From Tubulanus polymorphus (Eukaryota; Animalia; Nemertea): DNA of 64,000 nt. Under the pieces are notes generated by a model. It saw only the letters and a list, made by a program, of their open reading frames with translations. It did no database searches and was not told the DNA's origin. The stretch lies in contig NC_134026.1 in the NCBI RefSeq assembly GCF_964204645.1, forward strand, positions 29,794,150-29,858,149, in the 5' to 3' direction. Below are positions 39,378 through 52,000 of the stretch, piece after piece. Positions within the stretch are counted from its first letter, which is position 1. Each line of letters begins with the position of its first letter. A program made the position numbers and the translations under genes.

Positions 39378-42206
39378 TTCAGAGACTGCTGTGATAAAAC
39401 CTGATGCTACAAATACTACTTTGTTTTTCACCAATCCAATGTAGAATTGAATTTTAATTCGAAATATATAGTTTTTTTTTTTATGATGAGAGTTTTCTGT
39501 GTGAATCCTTTGCTTTTCTTGTCTTTTAAGTTTTGGAGTCAAGAAGGGTAGACACCCCTGAATGAGATATGGCTGGAGGGCCCGAAGACTAATTAGATGG
39601 GACTGTCAGTCGAGGACCGGTCAGGGCCATTTGACCCGCAGCTCTCCTCTGGGACACGATGACTAGTTGTGGAATTCACTAATGAACTGATGAAGACAAA
39701 AGACATGACAAAAAGAATCTTTCTTTCCCCATCAGATTTGTTTTATTTAACAGTACTTTTACTATTTACAAGGTCTCAATATTATTTCAGTTGTTAAGAC
39801 TTTAAAGGGCGTCATACAAACTTAGAGCATTCAGGATTGCTGCATTATTATTAACATAAGCCAAGCTTCAATCGATAGAACAAACTAATAAAAAAGAGCG
39901 GAATTTAAACCATTGAATGGTTATCAAACAGCTTTGATTGTAGCGTTAAGCGTGTTCTTTTTTCAATAGAAAGATGCGACATTTTAAGTAGAAATCATTT
40001 CATGATGACAAAAATATCATAAATTTCATTAAGATTAGGAAGAAAACATATGAACATCTTTTATTATTTTAAAATTCTACACTAAGTGTTTGTAACGTGC
40101 GAACCTGAATGCTCATTTCAGTTCCTGAGTAAAATTAAAACCAATGCTCCTCCTAGCTTACAAATCTAGGAGAGCCGAATCAGACCCGTTCTACTCGGAA
40201 TATGAGTAAAGATCAGTGATTCAAACTCGTATAAATTGAGAATATTTTACTCTGAAACTGACTTAACCCTCACCCATAGATATACGTACTAATAGAAAAT
40301 CACACCTGCAAAATCTTACTGTAAATGTTGACCTCATATTTGACTGAATTACGTTTTCTAAAACATCGCATTTTATTTCAATCGACCGCACATTTTTTTC
40401 TAAAACAATTATTTTACTACTGCCATTTACTGGAATCGATACAATTCTAGAAGATATACGGAATAAAAAACAGCAAACTTTCAAGAAGAAACTACCTTCA
40501 ATAACAACTAAATAATTCATTACAACTAAATAATAACCTTCAATCAGCTAACAAACTGTTTATTAAACCATTAACAGTCTTTTCACTCTAAGTTGAGAGT
40601 GCAATAAATTGCAGAAAAGCTGATTCATACATTAATAATTCATGTATTCGCACACGCTGGATAACTGATTTAGAAAATGCAGTCCAGACAGTTTTCTGGG
40701 GACTATAACACTATCGGACCTAGCGAAAATAGTACGTAATTAATAGTAGTTACAGTAATTAATAATAGTATTATCATTATTATCATTATTAGTAATAACA
40801 TTGGTACATTTAGTAGTGTAATAGTTTTCGGACAACTATAATATTATGTAAAGAGAACGATATTCAATAATGACTTCCATAGAATCTAACAAAAATATTC
40901 ATACAGCCACTACTTGAAAACGGCAGCTTTCGTGATGCTTTTACAAATGAGGTCACTGTATTTTAATTTTGACACAAAACTAACCGTTGATCACGCCACT
41001 GATAATAATATACCTATAGCAAATCTGAGAACTATTCGGACACAATTCAGAAATATTGAGACGTTTTGAATTCAAATGTTTGAATGGTAAATAAAGGTGT
41101 AAATAGTTCCCACTGATACAGTGATTACAATGAACAGTTGTTCATTGAGTTTTAAACCACGAGCACAGATCACACAAGAGAAGAAATGACCCGGACCGGA
41201 CTGAGTCAAAGATTGTGCCGAATAAGTGAGTGCATTCACACTTAAATCATTCACTTGTTACTAAAATCATATCAAAATGATGCTGTGGCAAGTGAGGTAA
41301 ATCACCTCCAGAACCAGCTAGCATTCACACGCAATAATCGAGCTGTACTAGAATTTCGCATGGGCCAGGTCTGGCGTTTTGGCCAGGCCAGATTCCGCTA
41401 ACAAGGCACGGACCCATTTGGCACCAATGTGAATGATTGGACAAATTTAGCCGGTACCAGATAAGGCCAAATCAATCTGACCCGGGTCAAAACACTTGTG
41501 TGATCGCCACTTTAAGCGTGAAAGAAATGATAAAATCAAACTAGATTTCCACCGATATAAGAGAAAAATCAATAACTAGCACGGCATTTGGCTCTATAAA
41601 CCATCATAATCATCATCATCCTCAGAATGGAAACTGTCAAACGAACTGGCAATGTTTGAATAATGTGTCATACACATACATAGAATCTGCCTGTGTTTGA
41701 TCGAAGATAGAATAATAACATAGTGTGTTATATGAATGAAGCCCCTAACGTAAGCGTCATATAAAAACCTTTAATCGAATCAATTATTTTAGTACAAACT
41801 TGTATGACAAACTTCATTTAAAACATTTTCAAAACATAATTATAAATTTCCCGATCTATTTGATATTTCGTGACCGGATCAAAGCGTTTATAAATAAATG
41901 GATCTAAGATAGACATTTACACCTGTAAATCTACGAATTTTGAAGACTGGATCAAACAACTAGAATTAATCGGATTCAAATCGGCTCCATATGAAACATG
42001 TTCAAGTGTCACAGTTACACAGTTAAAACTAATACACGAACTGCAAACTGCCGGTAAACTAAATGAAGTGAAACAGCTCGACTTCTACAATAGAAATAGT
42101 TCATTCACTATTGCAGAGTCAGTCATATCTGACAATATAAAAGATATATACATTTCTATTATCTAAGATAAGTTTTTCCAACACGGAGTGATATAATAGC
42201 GGAAAC

Positions 42207-42315
42207 CTCTCGGAGGATTGCTGTCCCCTGGAGGATAACTGTTCCTCCTGGAGGATCGCTATACCCCTAAAGGATCGCCAACCCATTCAGGATAACTGTT
42301 CCCCCTGATGGATCC
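42207..42315. repeat. Degenerate tandem repeat of about 20 bp (about 5 copies)
   Basis: Units resembling TGGAGGATNRCTGTYCCYCC. Confidence 0.65.
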
Positions 42316-43057
42316 TACTAACTGATAAATTATATCCCTATTGTTCAAGCGTTTTAACTGCGTTAAAATTCTGCTCATTTTCAGTACAGAGAGAATGTTT
42401 TTATTTCGTATAAACCATTATTATCCACTAGAAAGCAGCACCACAGAACCAATGTTCAACGACAAAACATCATTTTCATCCTAAAAATATTCGGAGGATT
42501 TTTTCCGTGAACCCATAATTGAGATCTACAACTGATTACGAAGCCATTTTCAAAGCAGTATGACTTGTTCACTGTTTGAAGCCACGCGGCAATATTTTAC
42601 TTTAAAAATTGCTCAAACAATCATCACAAAAGTTACATTTTGTGCGTCGTCAACTCAGTACTGACTGATTCGAGTAACACCTGGTGTCATTCTGATACAC
42701 CATCTACATAAAATTTCAACCATTACGATAAAACAACCGAGAATTCTTTTTAAGAAAAGGTTTGATAAAAATCAAGAAACAAGTCATTTGTTTCTATGTA
42801 AAATCTGTCAAGTTTCAGGTTGTTTTTATTGTATGGTTTTACTTCTCAGTAATGACAGCATACGCAGTAAACACATCATTCATTCACACCGAAATGCTGA
42901 AAATATTGCCTCTTCTCATCTCCAATTTTCACATAAAAATGTCTCTTTTGACTCGCAGAATAAAATTCCTCGCAAAAATCACGGTTTCCTTTTCATCGTA
43001 GTCTCACAAATAAAATAATCCTCAACAAATGATAAATAAATTCTATAATCACTGATG

Positions 43058-46000
43058 TCACTGGCTCCCGTGATAATCTACACCTCGCGTAAAACCAAAT
43101 CCACTCACTAGGTGGGGCTGGTGATAATGTTCAGCAGTTGAATCTCGATCTGAAAAATGTTGTAACGGAAAAATCGTTATAAATAAATGAAATCGAAACA
43201 TGATATGAATTCTAGTTCTCCAAACTACTTTAGACAACATTTTCCTCAGATCTCACGGGACTGAGATAAACAAATTCGGTTCAGTCAGTGAGGTGGATTG
43301 GGATAAAACTTTAAATATCTAGTTGCCCATGGCAAGCAATAATCTGAGGCAATCGGTTATACCATACTGAGTTTGTTTGAAAGTGTTTTCACGGTGGCTA
43401 CTTGACTTACTTTAATTTGACTGACTATATTCGATATGCAGTTTTTAAACAAAAGAAAATTCCCCGACGACTTTTCCCTAATTTCTAGGTACGTGGCCAC
43501 CTTGGTTTTTATCGGTTTTGGGTACTGACTCACCTAGTTCATCGGTTGGTCTTGGTTCTAGCTGTGATGATTCTGATGAAGGAGTAATCAGAGACATATT
43601 AGTATACTGAAAACAAATACCACAATTGTTCATCTCGCTTCAATAGAAAATGGTCGAATGAAACTAACGTCATTTTACCAATATTCTAATGGTCAGGATG
43701 AACTATCGATTGATTGATTGATTGATTGATTTATACTTACAGGTTGTGAATTCTGAGGCAACCACGAGTCTTGTACAGAGTACGATAACGGATTGTTCCA
43801 TGGACTGCGTAATTGTTGTTGTTGACCGTTCGCTGTTTGGTCCTGAGCTTGCTGTTGATTACTTGGACTGAGTTGACCGCGTGCGGCTGCTACGGCAGCT
43901 GCGGCTGCATTCGTCGTATAAGACGTAAATAACGGATTATTTGTCGTATCATCCGCCTGTGCTGCTGCAGCTGCGAACTGATGGTTCGGGTACCAGATTT
44001 GCGTTTGCGCTAATTGCGGTACTTGTTGCGCGTGCGATTGCGGTTGCGTTTGATAGAAATTCTCCTGATTTTGCGGATTGTAATTCTGCTGCCCGAAGAA
44101 TATCGGCGCTTGCTGCGGATCGCGACTGAAGTAGATATCGTTCGTCCTCTGTTGTTGGTCGAACGTCGCTTGGTCCTGTCCGGGGTAATGCCCCGCCGGT
44201 GTAGCGTACTGATCGGTGAACGCTTTATGCTCGTGATTGAATCCCGTATTCTCTAACGAGCGAAGCTGCTGTTGTTGCTGTTCGCGGAATAAATCGTACT
44301 GTTGTTGTTGCACCGGTGCCTGTTGTTGTTGTTGCTGTTGTTGCTGTTGTTGTTGTAATTGATACATCGTAGCTTGTAAACCGGTTTGAGCGAGCATCGG
44401 TTGCCCGAATATTCCGGCAGCCGCTACGTTCACGTCCTGCTGACGAGCGACGTTCAACAGGTCGTGTTGTTCTTTCTGCTCTGTCGTGTATCGCGGGTAG
44501 TATAATAGACTAGGAACGTGTTGCATATGGAGTAGATTTTGTTGTTGAGTTGTCGGTTGTCCCGGTTGTAACGCTTGAGTTAAAGGCATGAATTGGCCGG
44601 CGGAAGTAGCTATAGACTGGATAGGACTGGGAATTGTATCCGGATGATGCGGTGATGATTGGAGATCGTCGTGGTGGGGAGATCCGGTATGGGGCATCTG
44701 TTTAGCGGCTTGCTGTTTTTGAAAACGCGGCGGCTGTTCTTTTGGCGGAGACTTTTTCTTTCTGAAACCGAGGAATTCGCGAGACTGAATGAATGCATCG
44801 CCTTTTCTAGGAGATGGTGTGCGTTGTTGTAAACCGTTATCGGGCGACTGAGGGTTAATCCCGGTCGTCGATGGGTTGAAAGCTCCGAAATTCGGAGGAG
44901 GAGGCGGCATTCGCGTTTTATCGATCAGAGAATCGTTACTCATACGCGGATTCATTCCGAACGACTGACCGAAACTTTGCGACTTCGGAGGCATCGGAAT
45001 CGGTCTCGGGGGCATCGCGGGCGTCTCATCATCGAGAGGAATTTGACCCGCGAATAACGGACCCTTTCCCCCGAGCCCGATGTTCATTTTATCGTCGTGC
45101 GAATTGGAATCGGGTTTCATGGCGCCCGATTGCGGTCTTTGTAATATATTAATCTGTCCGGGTTGAGGCGGTGGGCGGTGCTGTTTATGCCAAGGTTGAT
45201 TTGAATTAAACGAATTATTTTGCGGAGGCCCGCCCATATTTCTACGATCGTAATGATTTTGTTCACCGCTAGGCGGCGGTACGGACAAATCGGGTTTCTG
45301 TCCGAGATTCGAATCGAACAATTTCGTAACGGGGCCTCCTTTCATTACGGGATCATTATTTCGCGGAGAGAAGCTAGGGTCAGTTCTACCTAAAGAACCG
45401 GGGGTTTGTAGGTTTTTACGAATGTCAGTAGAAGTTGACTCGTGAGTCGTATACGATGAATGACTATTAACGGGAGGAGATTTCATGTGATCTTTCATGA
45501 AATGCGTTCCGGGCGGACCTCGCGGAGGAGGGTGGTGCGTAGCGGGAGTTCGAATCATACCGGGATTAAACGGTCGATGATTTTGATTGATCGATGCGTT
45601 GTGAGGAGGGGGAGGATGAGGATGAGGGGCAGGAGGATGAGACATCAGTCTGTGATCGTATCTCGTTCTCGGCTCGGTGCGTGCTGGAGGTCCCGATATT
45701 CGAGCGTCTTGAGACTCGCCCGTCCATTTAGGAGGAGATTGCGGACGTTTCGTAGATTCTTCATCAGTTTTATCGTTATTGCCTTCTTTTTCACTTACAT
45801 TCTTTGATGTCGTTTTTCCTTTTTCTTGCGGCGTCTTTTCTTCTCTTTTCGACTCGTGCTGTTTTGATTTATCGCCGCTGTCTTTTCGACCGTCGTCAGA
45901 TGATGATTTCTGACGTTGTTGATTTCTCTGATGATTTCCGCCCGTTCTGCCGCCCGGATGTCCTCCACCTCCTTGATACGGCGACCGCATGTTCTGCATC

Positions 46001-49000
46001 GGACCGCCGAATCTTTCCGGGGACGACCTTGCTCCACGACGAGGGTCGAATCCCTAACGATACAAAACACATCTCGAGTAAAACTGTGCTCGACTTCAAG
46101 TGAGGAAAGCGAATTCAAATTGATGTTAAATCAGGGTTTATACGTCATTCCATTCATGAGGAACTTTTGAGGAGTATTCAGAGATAATATCAAAATTCAA
46201 AGATGTTTAAAACAGGTAGCCACTGTTAAAGTGGAAATGCTTGAGTTTATGCGTGATCTAGCGACGAATTTCGCAATTTTTACAATATACCTCGACTTTT
46301 CTAAAGAAAAGAAAATTCCCCGACTTTTCCCAGATTCCCGGGTAAGTTTTCAACAAATCAACAACTAGTATGAACCCTGACTATGAAATACGTACCATTC
46401 TGTAATACGAAGGTTGAAGGAATGGATTCAAATGTCGGTTCTGATCGTGAAATGGAAAGCCCATCGCGGGCATACGCATCGCTGAATTATAGAACACATT
46501 ATGCGGGTGATTGTATCCGGGCCAGTTCGGGCGAGGTGGCGTACCCATCTGACCTCTACCTCCACGGTAACCACGATTATCAGCAGATCGCGGAGTTCCT
46601 GAATGACATGAAGGATATTATTACAAATACACGACTATGAATACAATACATTCAATAATATGACTATATCTAAATACCTCTTCGATAATCTTTATTATCC
46701 TCTTTTTTCGGCGTGTTATTCTTATTATCCTTTGAACTTTTATCCTTATCATTCACTTTCTTGTCTCTGGAATTATAACATAAACGTCTGCCGGTGATTA
46801 TGAAATATCAAACCTAGTTATAGTAAGTTCAATGAGGATTGATGAATGCCAGCTGATACTGCCCGACAACGTGCCACAAACCTCTCCTTCCGGGCAATAA
46901 CTATCTGACAATCGCGGGCGAAGTGACCGATTTTTCCGCAAGCGCGACAACCGCGATCGTTTGGAGGGGAACCATCGACGAGCATATTCACATCGAAGAA
47001 ATAATCCTAGAAAAATAAGAAATATCTCGATCAGAATATTGGCACTTACAGATCCGACAGAGCTTCATCTAGAAGTTTTACTCACTAAGAATGTCTTGTA
47101 TCCAGACGGTGGTTTATCGACCGGTATTGATTTACCGAATAGATATCGTCCGTTGATTAATGCTGTCATGATGTACGTATTCACTGTAAACAAACGAACA
47201 ATCATACGTCATTAACACAGTCCCACTACAGATAAGTCATTCCTGGATATAAGGAGTTTTCAAGGAGAAAATTTCATATTTTTCGCAAGTGTTTGCATCA
47301 CTTTTATATCCCAACAACTGAAGACTCCTCCTAAATCAATACTGTTTATCTCATGAATTCACTGGATTTATACGCAGATTTTTATCATTGACACTAAGCA
47401 AAATCAATTTCTAATTCGGTAACAGCTTAAATTGGTCCCAACTATATCGACTTAGGCGTAGTCTAATGTACAACTTCTAAAGTATCTAATTGCCTATTTC
47501 TCAAAATTGAAGGAGTTTTAAAAGATTGACATTTTGCTTAAATTAAACTAGATGCAAGCAATTTGAAAAGCATTTTCATTTAGGAGTGAATCAAGGAGTC
47601 GTAGGGACCCTGCATTAATAACGCAACCCAACAGAGATCAATTCTACAGTTATCGATATAATATGACTTTAGGGTTTACACATTGGAAATGAACAAATTT
47701 AACAGGCTGCAGTAGAATATAAAACGTACTCTTTCTGGATAATCCAGCTCCGAGATTGTGACTCAAATCAAACGGATCCTCAATCGCGATCCCTTTTCCG
47801 TTCCACAATTTCTCGAATCGAGTCAACGGCTTCAGGTGACGTATACAGATAACGTTATCCTTGAAATTGAATTCTTCCGTGTAAAACTTCAACAATCCGA
47901 ACCATAATTCACCGATTGACTGTTTATTCTTGCCGTAGTCGTCCCACACATCCTTCTATACATTACAAATAAAATCATACTCAATTGTTGGATGTCTTGC
48001 GATTCAGTCAGAGTTCTTACAGATCAGAAAAATCCAAAATTCCCCGATTTTTCCAGCCTTTTGCCCGGAAATGCCCTGATTAGATCTAAATATCCACTGA
48101 GAGGTTCACTACCTCATTCATCACCGGCAAGAACAAGAAGACACCAAAAATTCAAATTCCCTGATTTTTCGATTTGTAAGAACCCTTCCTCCATACCGTA
48201 TATAGACGTCTCTGAAATATGGATGTGATAAGTCATACTTACCAGTTTATCTTTCTGATCAAAGAACCAAGCATCAGCTCCCTCTATTATCACTTTAGGT
48301 CGAGTCTCGCCCTCGTATAGCTGAAATATTCGAATACGTCATTGATAAATCTAACGTACACGTTAGTTTGAGTAACGTCTGATAATGAGACAAACCTCTT
48401 GTAAGACCGGTATAACTGGAGGTTGACACTGCTGTAGATAGTACAATACCATCAGTATATAGGCGTAGGAAGACAGACTACCGCGTGATGCGTCACCAAT
48501 ATCGCAAACCTGAAATATATTCATGTACATATAGGTATATACAGAGTAACTGTATCTGAATCATTCATTCATTCAATCAAATTTACCTTCGCGAACACTT
48601 TCATGATGTAACCCATTATCTTAACACGATCATCAATATCTGCGTATAAAGCCAGCATCTTTGTATTATACAAAGCCTACAAACAATAAAAACAAATTAG
48701 ACAAACGTTCTGCCGTGTTTTATCGACTGTTTCTATAAGTCGTTGTTACCAGTGTATTGTAGAGACTAATGTCGCCCTCTATCTGCGACTTGCGATGTTT
48801 AAACTTCACGATCGGCACTTTAGCAGTAGTTATCGGCAGAATGTTGTAAAGACCTTTGTTTGTTTTTAGTTTCACGGCGAGAGCTTCGATTATATCAACG
48901 CAATTCAAACTCTACAAATAAAATCATCTTCCATTCAATAAAATCTCACGATTGATGACGAAAATAAATATCTACCGAGGCAATACATCGGTTTACTCTC

Positions 49001-52000
49001 AGTCATCGTCTCTTAGATTGAACGAATCACTGTCACAGCAATCAATCGATTGAAACAGTTCATTCGATTAAAAGTAACGAACCTTAGCGGAATCACAGGA
49101 TGCCAGAGTCATACAGATATCGAGGTCACTGTTCTTAAACCCGAAACCATTACAAGACGATCCGAACATACACAGATTACATTCTGTGAAATAAAACATT
49201 ACAGCGATACATGTTTAAACAAACAGAATAACAGCATGTATTCATATCATTATAATTGTATCAGTGCAAGAAGAACCCGGTATTGTTAAGTCAACCAAAT
49301 GTTCAGATATTTTCAGACCCGACTACTTGATATCTGTAGTAATAATAATAATAATAATAATAATTAGTGCTTATATAGCGCCTTTCCAATGAATGCTCAA
49401 AGCGCTGTCACTCAATTATTACCCAGCTTCTGTTACCAATCCAGTACATTCTTACTCTCCCTGGGGAGATGCAACACCGATACGCTGCAGAGCGATCAAG
49501 GCATCGTCAGCCAGTAGCAATTGTGAATTAATGCCTTGCCTAAGGACACTACAGCACAGCCGGGGTTCGAACACACAACCTCCCGATTGGGGGGCGAGCA
49601 CTCTACCACTAAGCCACACTGCTCCACGTAGTAGGAGTCTGAGTAGTAAACTAGTCATTTGACATCAAAAATAGTGGTTCAATTGAGAATGAACAAGAAA
49701 TTATTCTGATTTTGAGAGTATTTTGATATTTTTGGTATAGCTAAGCTCTCAAATAGAGTACAGACTACTAGTCGTAGTCGGGTTTGAAATCTGTAGTAAA
49801 ATCAGCTCAGAATGAAACATCTGTAAAGTAAACTGTTTGTTACCTGGATAAATTTCTCGAATGAAATTCTCTAATTCCGATATGATTTCTTTTCTCTGAT
49901 TATTTTCCTTCTCGGTCGGAGTGAAATCGCTGGGAACTTGACGCAAGATTTTATCGAGCAGATTTTTATACTGTTCGGTTAGAGGTTGAAGGGGTCGAAT
50001 TTCCGGTAAACTTTCGTCGGGACATGCCGCTTTTAAATGACCTTCCTTTTGACAGATGCCACAAATAATGGCCGGTACCTGAAATAATGAAATTAAAACA
50101 TTTCATTTATGAGGTATCCTTTCAACCGACTGACAGCCACTTTCTACCAATTTAAAAATCCCCTCATTTTTCCATGTGATAACACAAAATTCGCCCAGAG
50201 TGAATCCAAGGAATTTCTAGGTTTAAATGTTATAATTGGCCTTATCCGAATACCCTGAGTTTTCCGGTTTTTTTTTTTTATAGATTTTTCTGATTCCCTG
50301 AGTTTTCCACCATGTATCAATATCTAATTCAGAATTTGACAGATCCTTTATCAGAGCTAAACTTGCATTAATCAGTCATAGTAGTTAGGACCAACATTTG
50401 TTGATAACTTTGTAATATGAATTACAAATACAGTTTACAGATTAACCACTGACCCATGAAGACTTAAGTAATCAGTTTCTATTTTGATTTCGACTGATAT
50501 CAAAAAATTGAAACGTACCTTTCCATCCGTGAGAAACTTCTGATCGAATCCGAACACGAGATTATCAACTTTTAAATTATCCAAAAGCTGTGTTTTAAAC
50601 GTGCCTTCGTCGCCCCGCCCGTCCGGTTTACTGTCGCTAGACGAGGCGCCATCATTCACGAACAACTCCGGATAATCATCCACGGCGGCATCCATCAATT
50701 CCGTTAGATCCTCGTCTTCATCTTCGTCATCTCCGTACCGATCGATGCTACCCGTGCGTCCGAATTTGGATCGTAAAGTCGCGGCGGGGGTCGGCGATTC
50801 CAGTTCATCCGACGCATCTTTATCAACGCTCGTTTCATCTTTCATCACTGAACTCACGTATTTCGAAGCAAACTTATCAATTTTAGCATCTTCATCATCC
50901 TTTAATTCTTCCTCCTCGTCAGCGGAACTCTTCTCAGTTTTCTCTTCGCTTCCTAATGTTTTCTGATCAGTATCTGATGATTGCTTATCCTCTATCTTAG
51001 GTTTATCTGTTGCTGGCGCTACTTTCTCCTCTGCTCCTGGTGCTACTTTCTCCTCTGCTCCTGGCGCTACTTTCTCCTCTGCTCCTGGTGCTACTTTCTC
51101 CTCTGCTGCTGGTGCTTTGTCGTCCGTTGCTGGCGCTACTTTCTCCTCTGCTCCTGGCGCTACCTTGTCCTCTGTTGCTGGCGCTTCTTTCTCCTCTGCT
51201 CCTGGCGCTACTTTCTCCTCTGTTGCTGGCGCTACTTTCTCCTCCTCTGTCAATTGTTTATCCACCGCTGCTTCCTCCTCTGTTTCACCATTCTCAGTTA
51301 TAACTAAGTTATGCATCGCGTCGGAAATAACGTTACTCAGATTCTCTTTATCTACGATATCGGTGAGAGCTTCTTTAAACGATTCCAACACGATATCCTC
51401 GACTTTAGTTTCTACATGTTCCGGTGCTGCCTCTGATGTACTGTTCTCCGTCGACGAATCGATGCCATTCACTTTCGGCTGATCGGATGTAAAAGACTTT
51501 TTCAATTCACCTACGACAGATTTCACCGTATCCGCGCCTATTGGTTCTAATTCTTCGGATTTATTTTCAATTTCGCATGATTTTTCTTCCGATTTCGCGA
51601 TCGATTTTTCTTCGACTTTTTTCTGATCTTTCTTCCGATCTTTAACGAGCGCCGAAGGCAAACGTACAAACAGCGGTCCCGATTTAGTTTGCGGTATTCC
51701 GAAGTATCGACACGCCGCTTTCAAACGGTCGTGGATATAATCAAAGTTTTTACTATGACTCACGCTGCGAGATACATTTCGTTTCGTCGTGAACGGATCT
51801 AAAAATAAAACGAAACTGAATCGTGATCAATGCTGAATTATATCGACTCGATTATCAATCTGATTTTCCAACAATCTCCGTTTTACCTTCTATCGCCAAT
51901 TTTTTACAAGACCACTTCTTTTCGTCCCTGGTTACGTTTCTCGCCAGACGGATCGATATAACGTTGTTACTCGTGTCAAACTCGACGCTATAAAATCGCA

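Noticed and set aside
39686-39710. CTGATGA as a hammerhead ribozyme core
   Set aside because: No stem II followed by GAAA and no pairing arms; same for the CTGATGA at about 6548, 8060, 54386 and 59545.
43941-46170. Several overlapping alternative-frame ORFs in the large TUT exon
   Set aside because: Expected in GC-richer low-complexity coding DNA; no recognisable domains.
49393-49662. ORFs 49393-49662 (+) and 49452-49658 (-)
   Set aside because: Both fall inside the SINE; chance ORFs.
50745-51482. Leu-rich and Cys/Trp-rich plus-strand ORFs (LLALLSPLL, CSWRYFLL repeats)
   Set aside because: Antisense shadows of the 24-bp coding repeat in the TUT exon.
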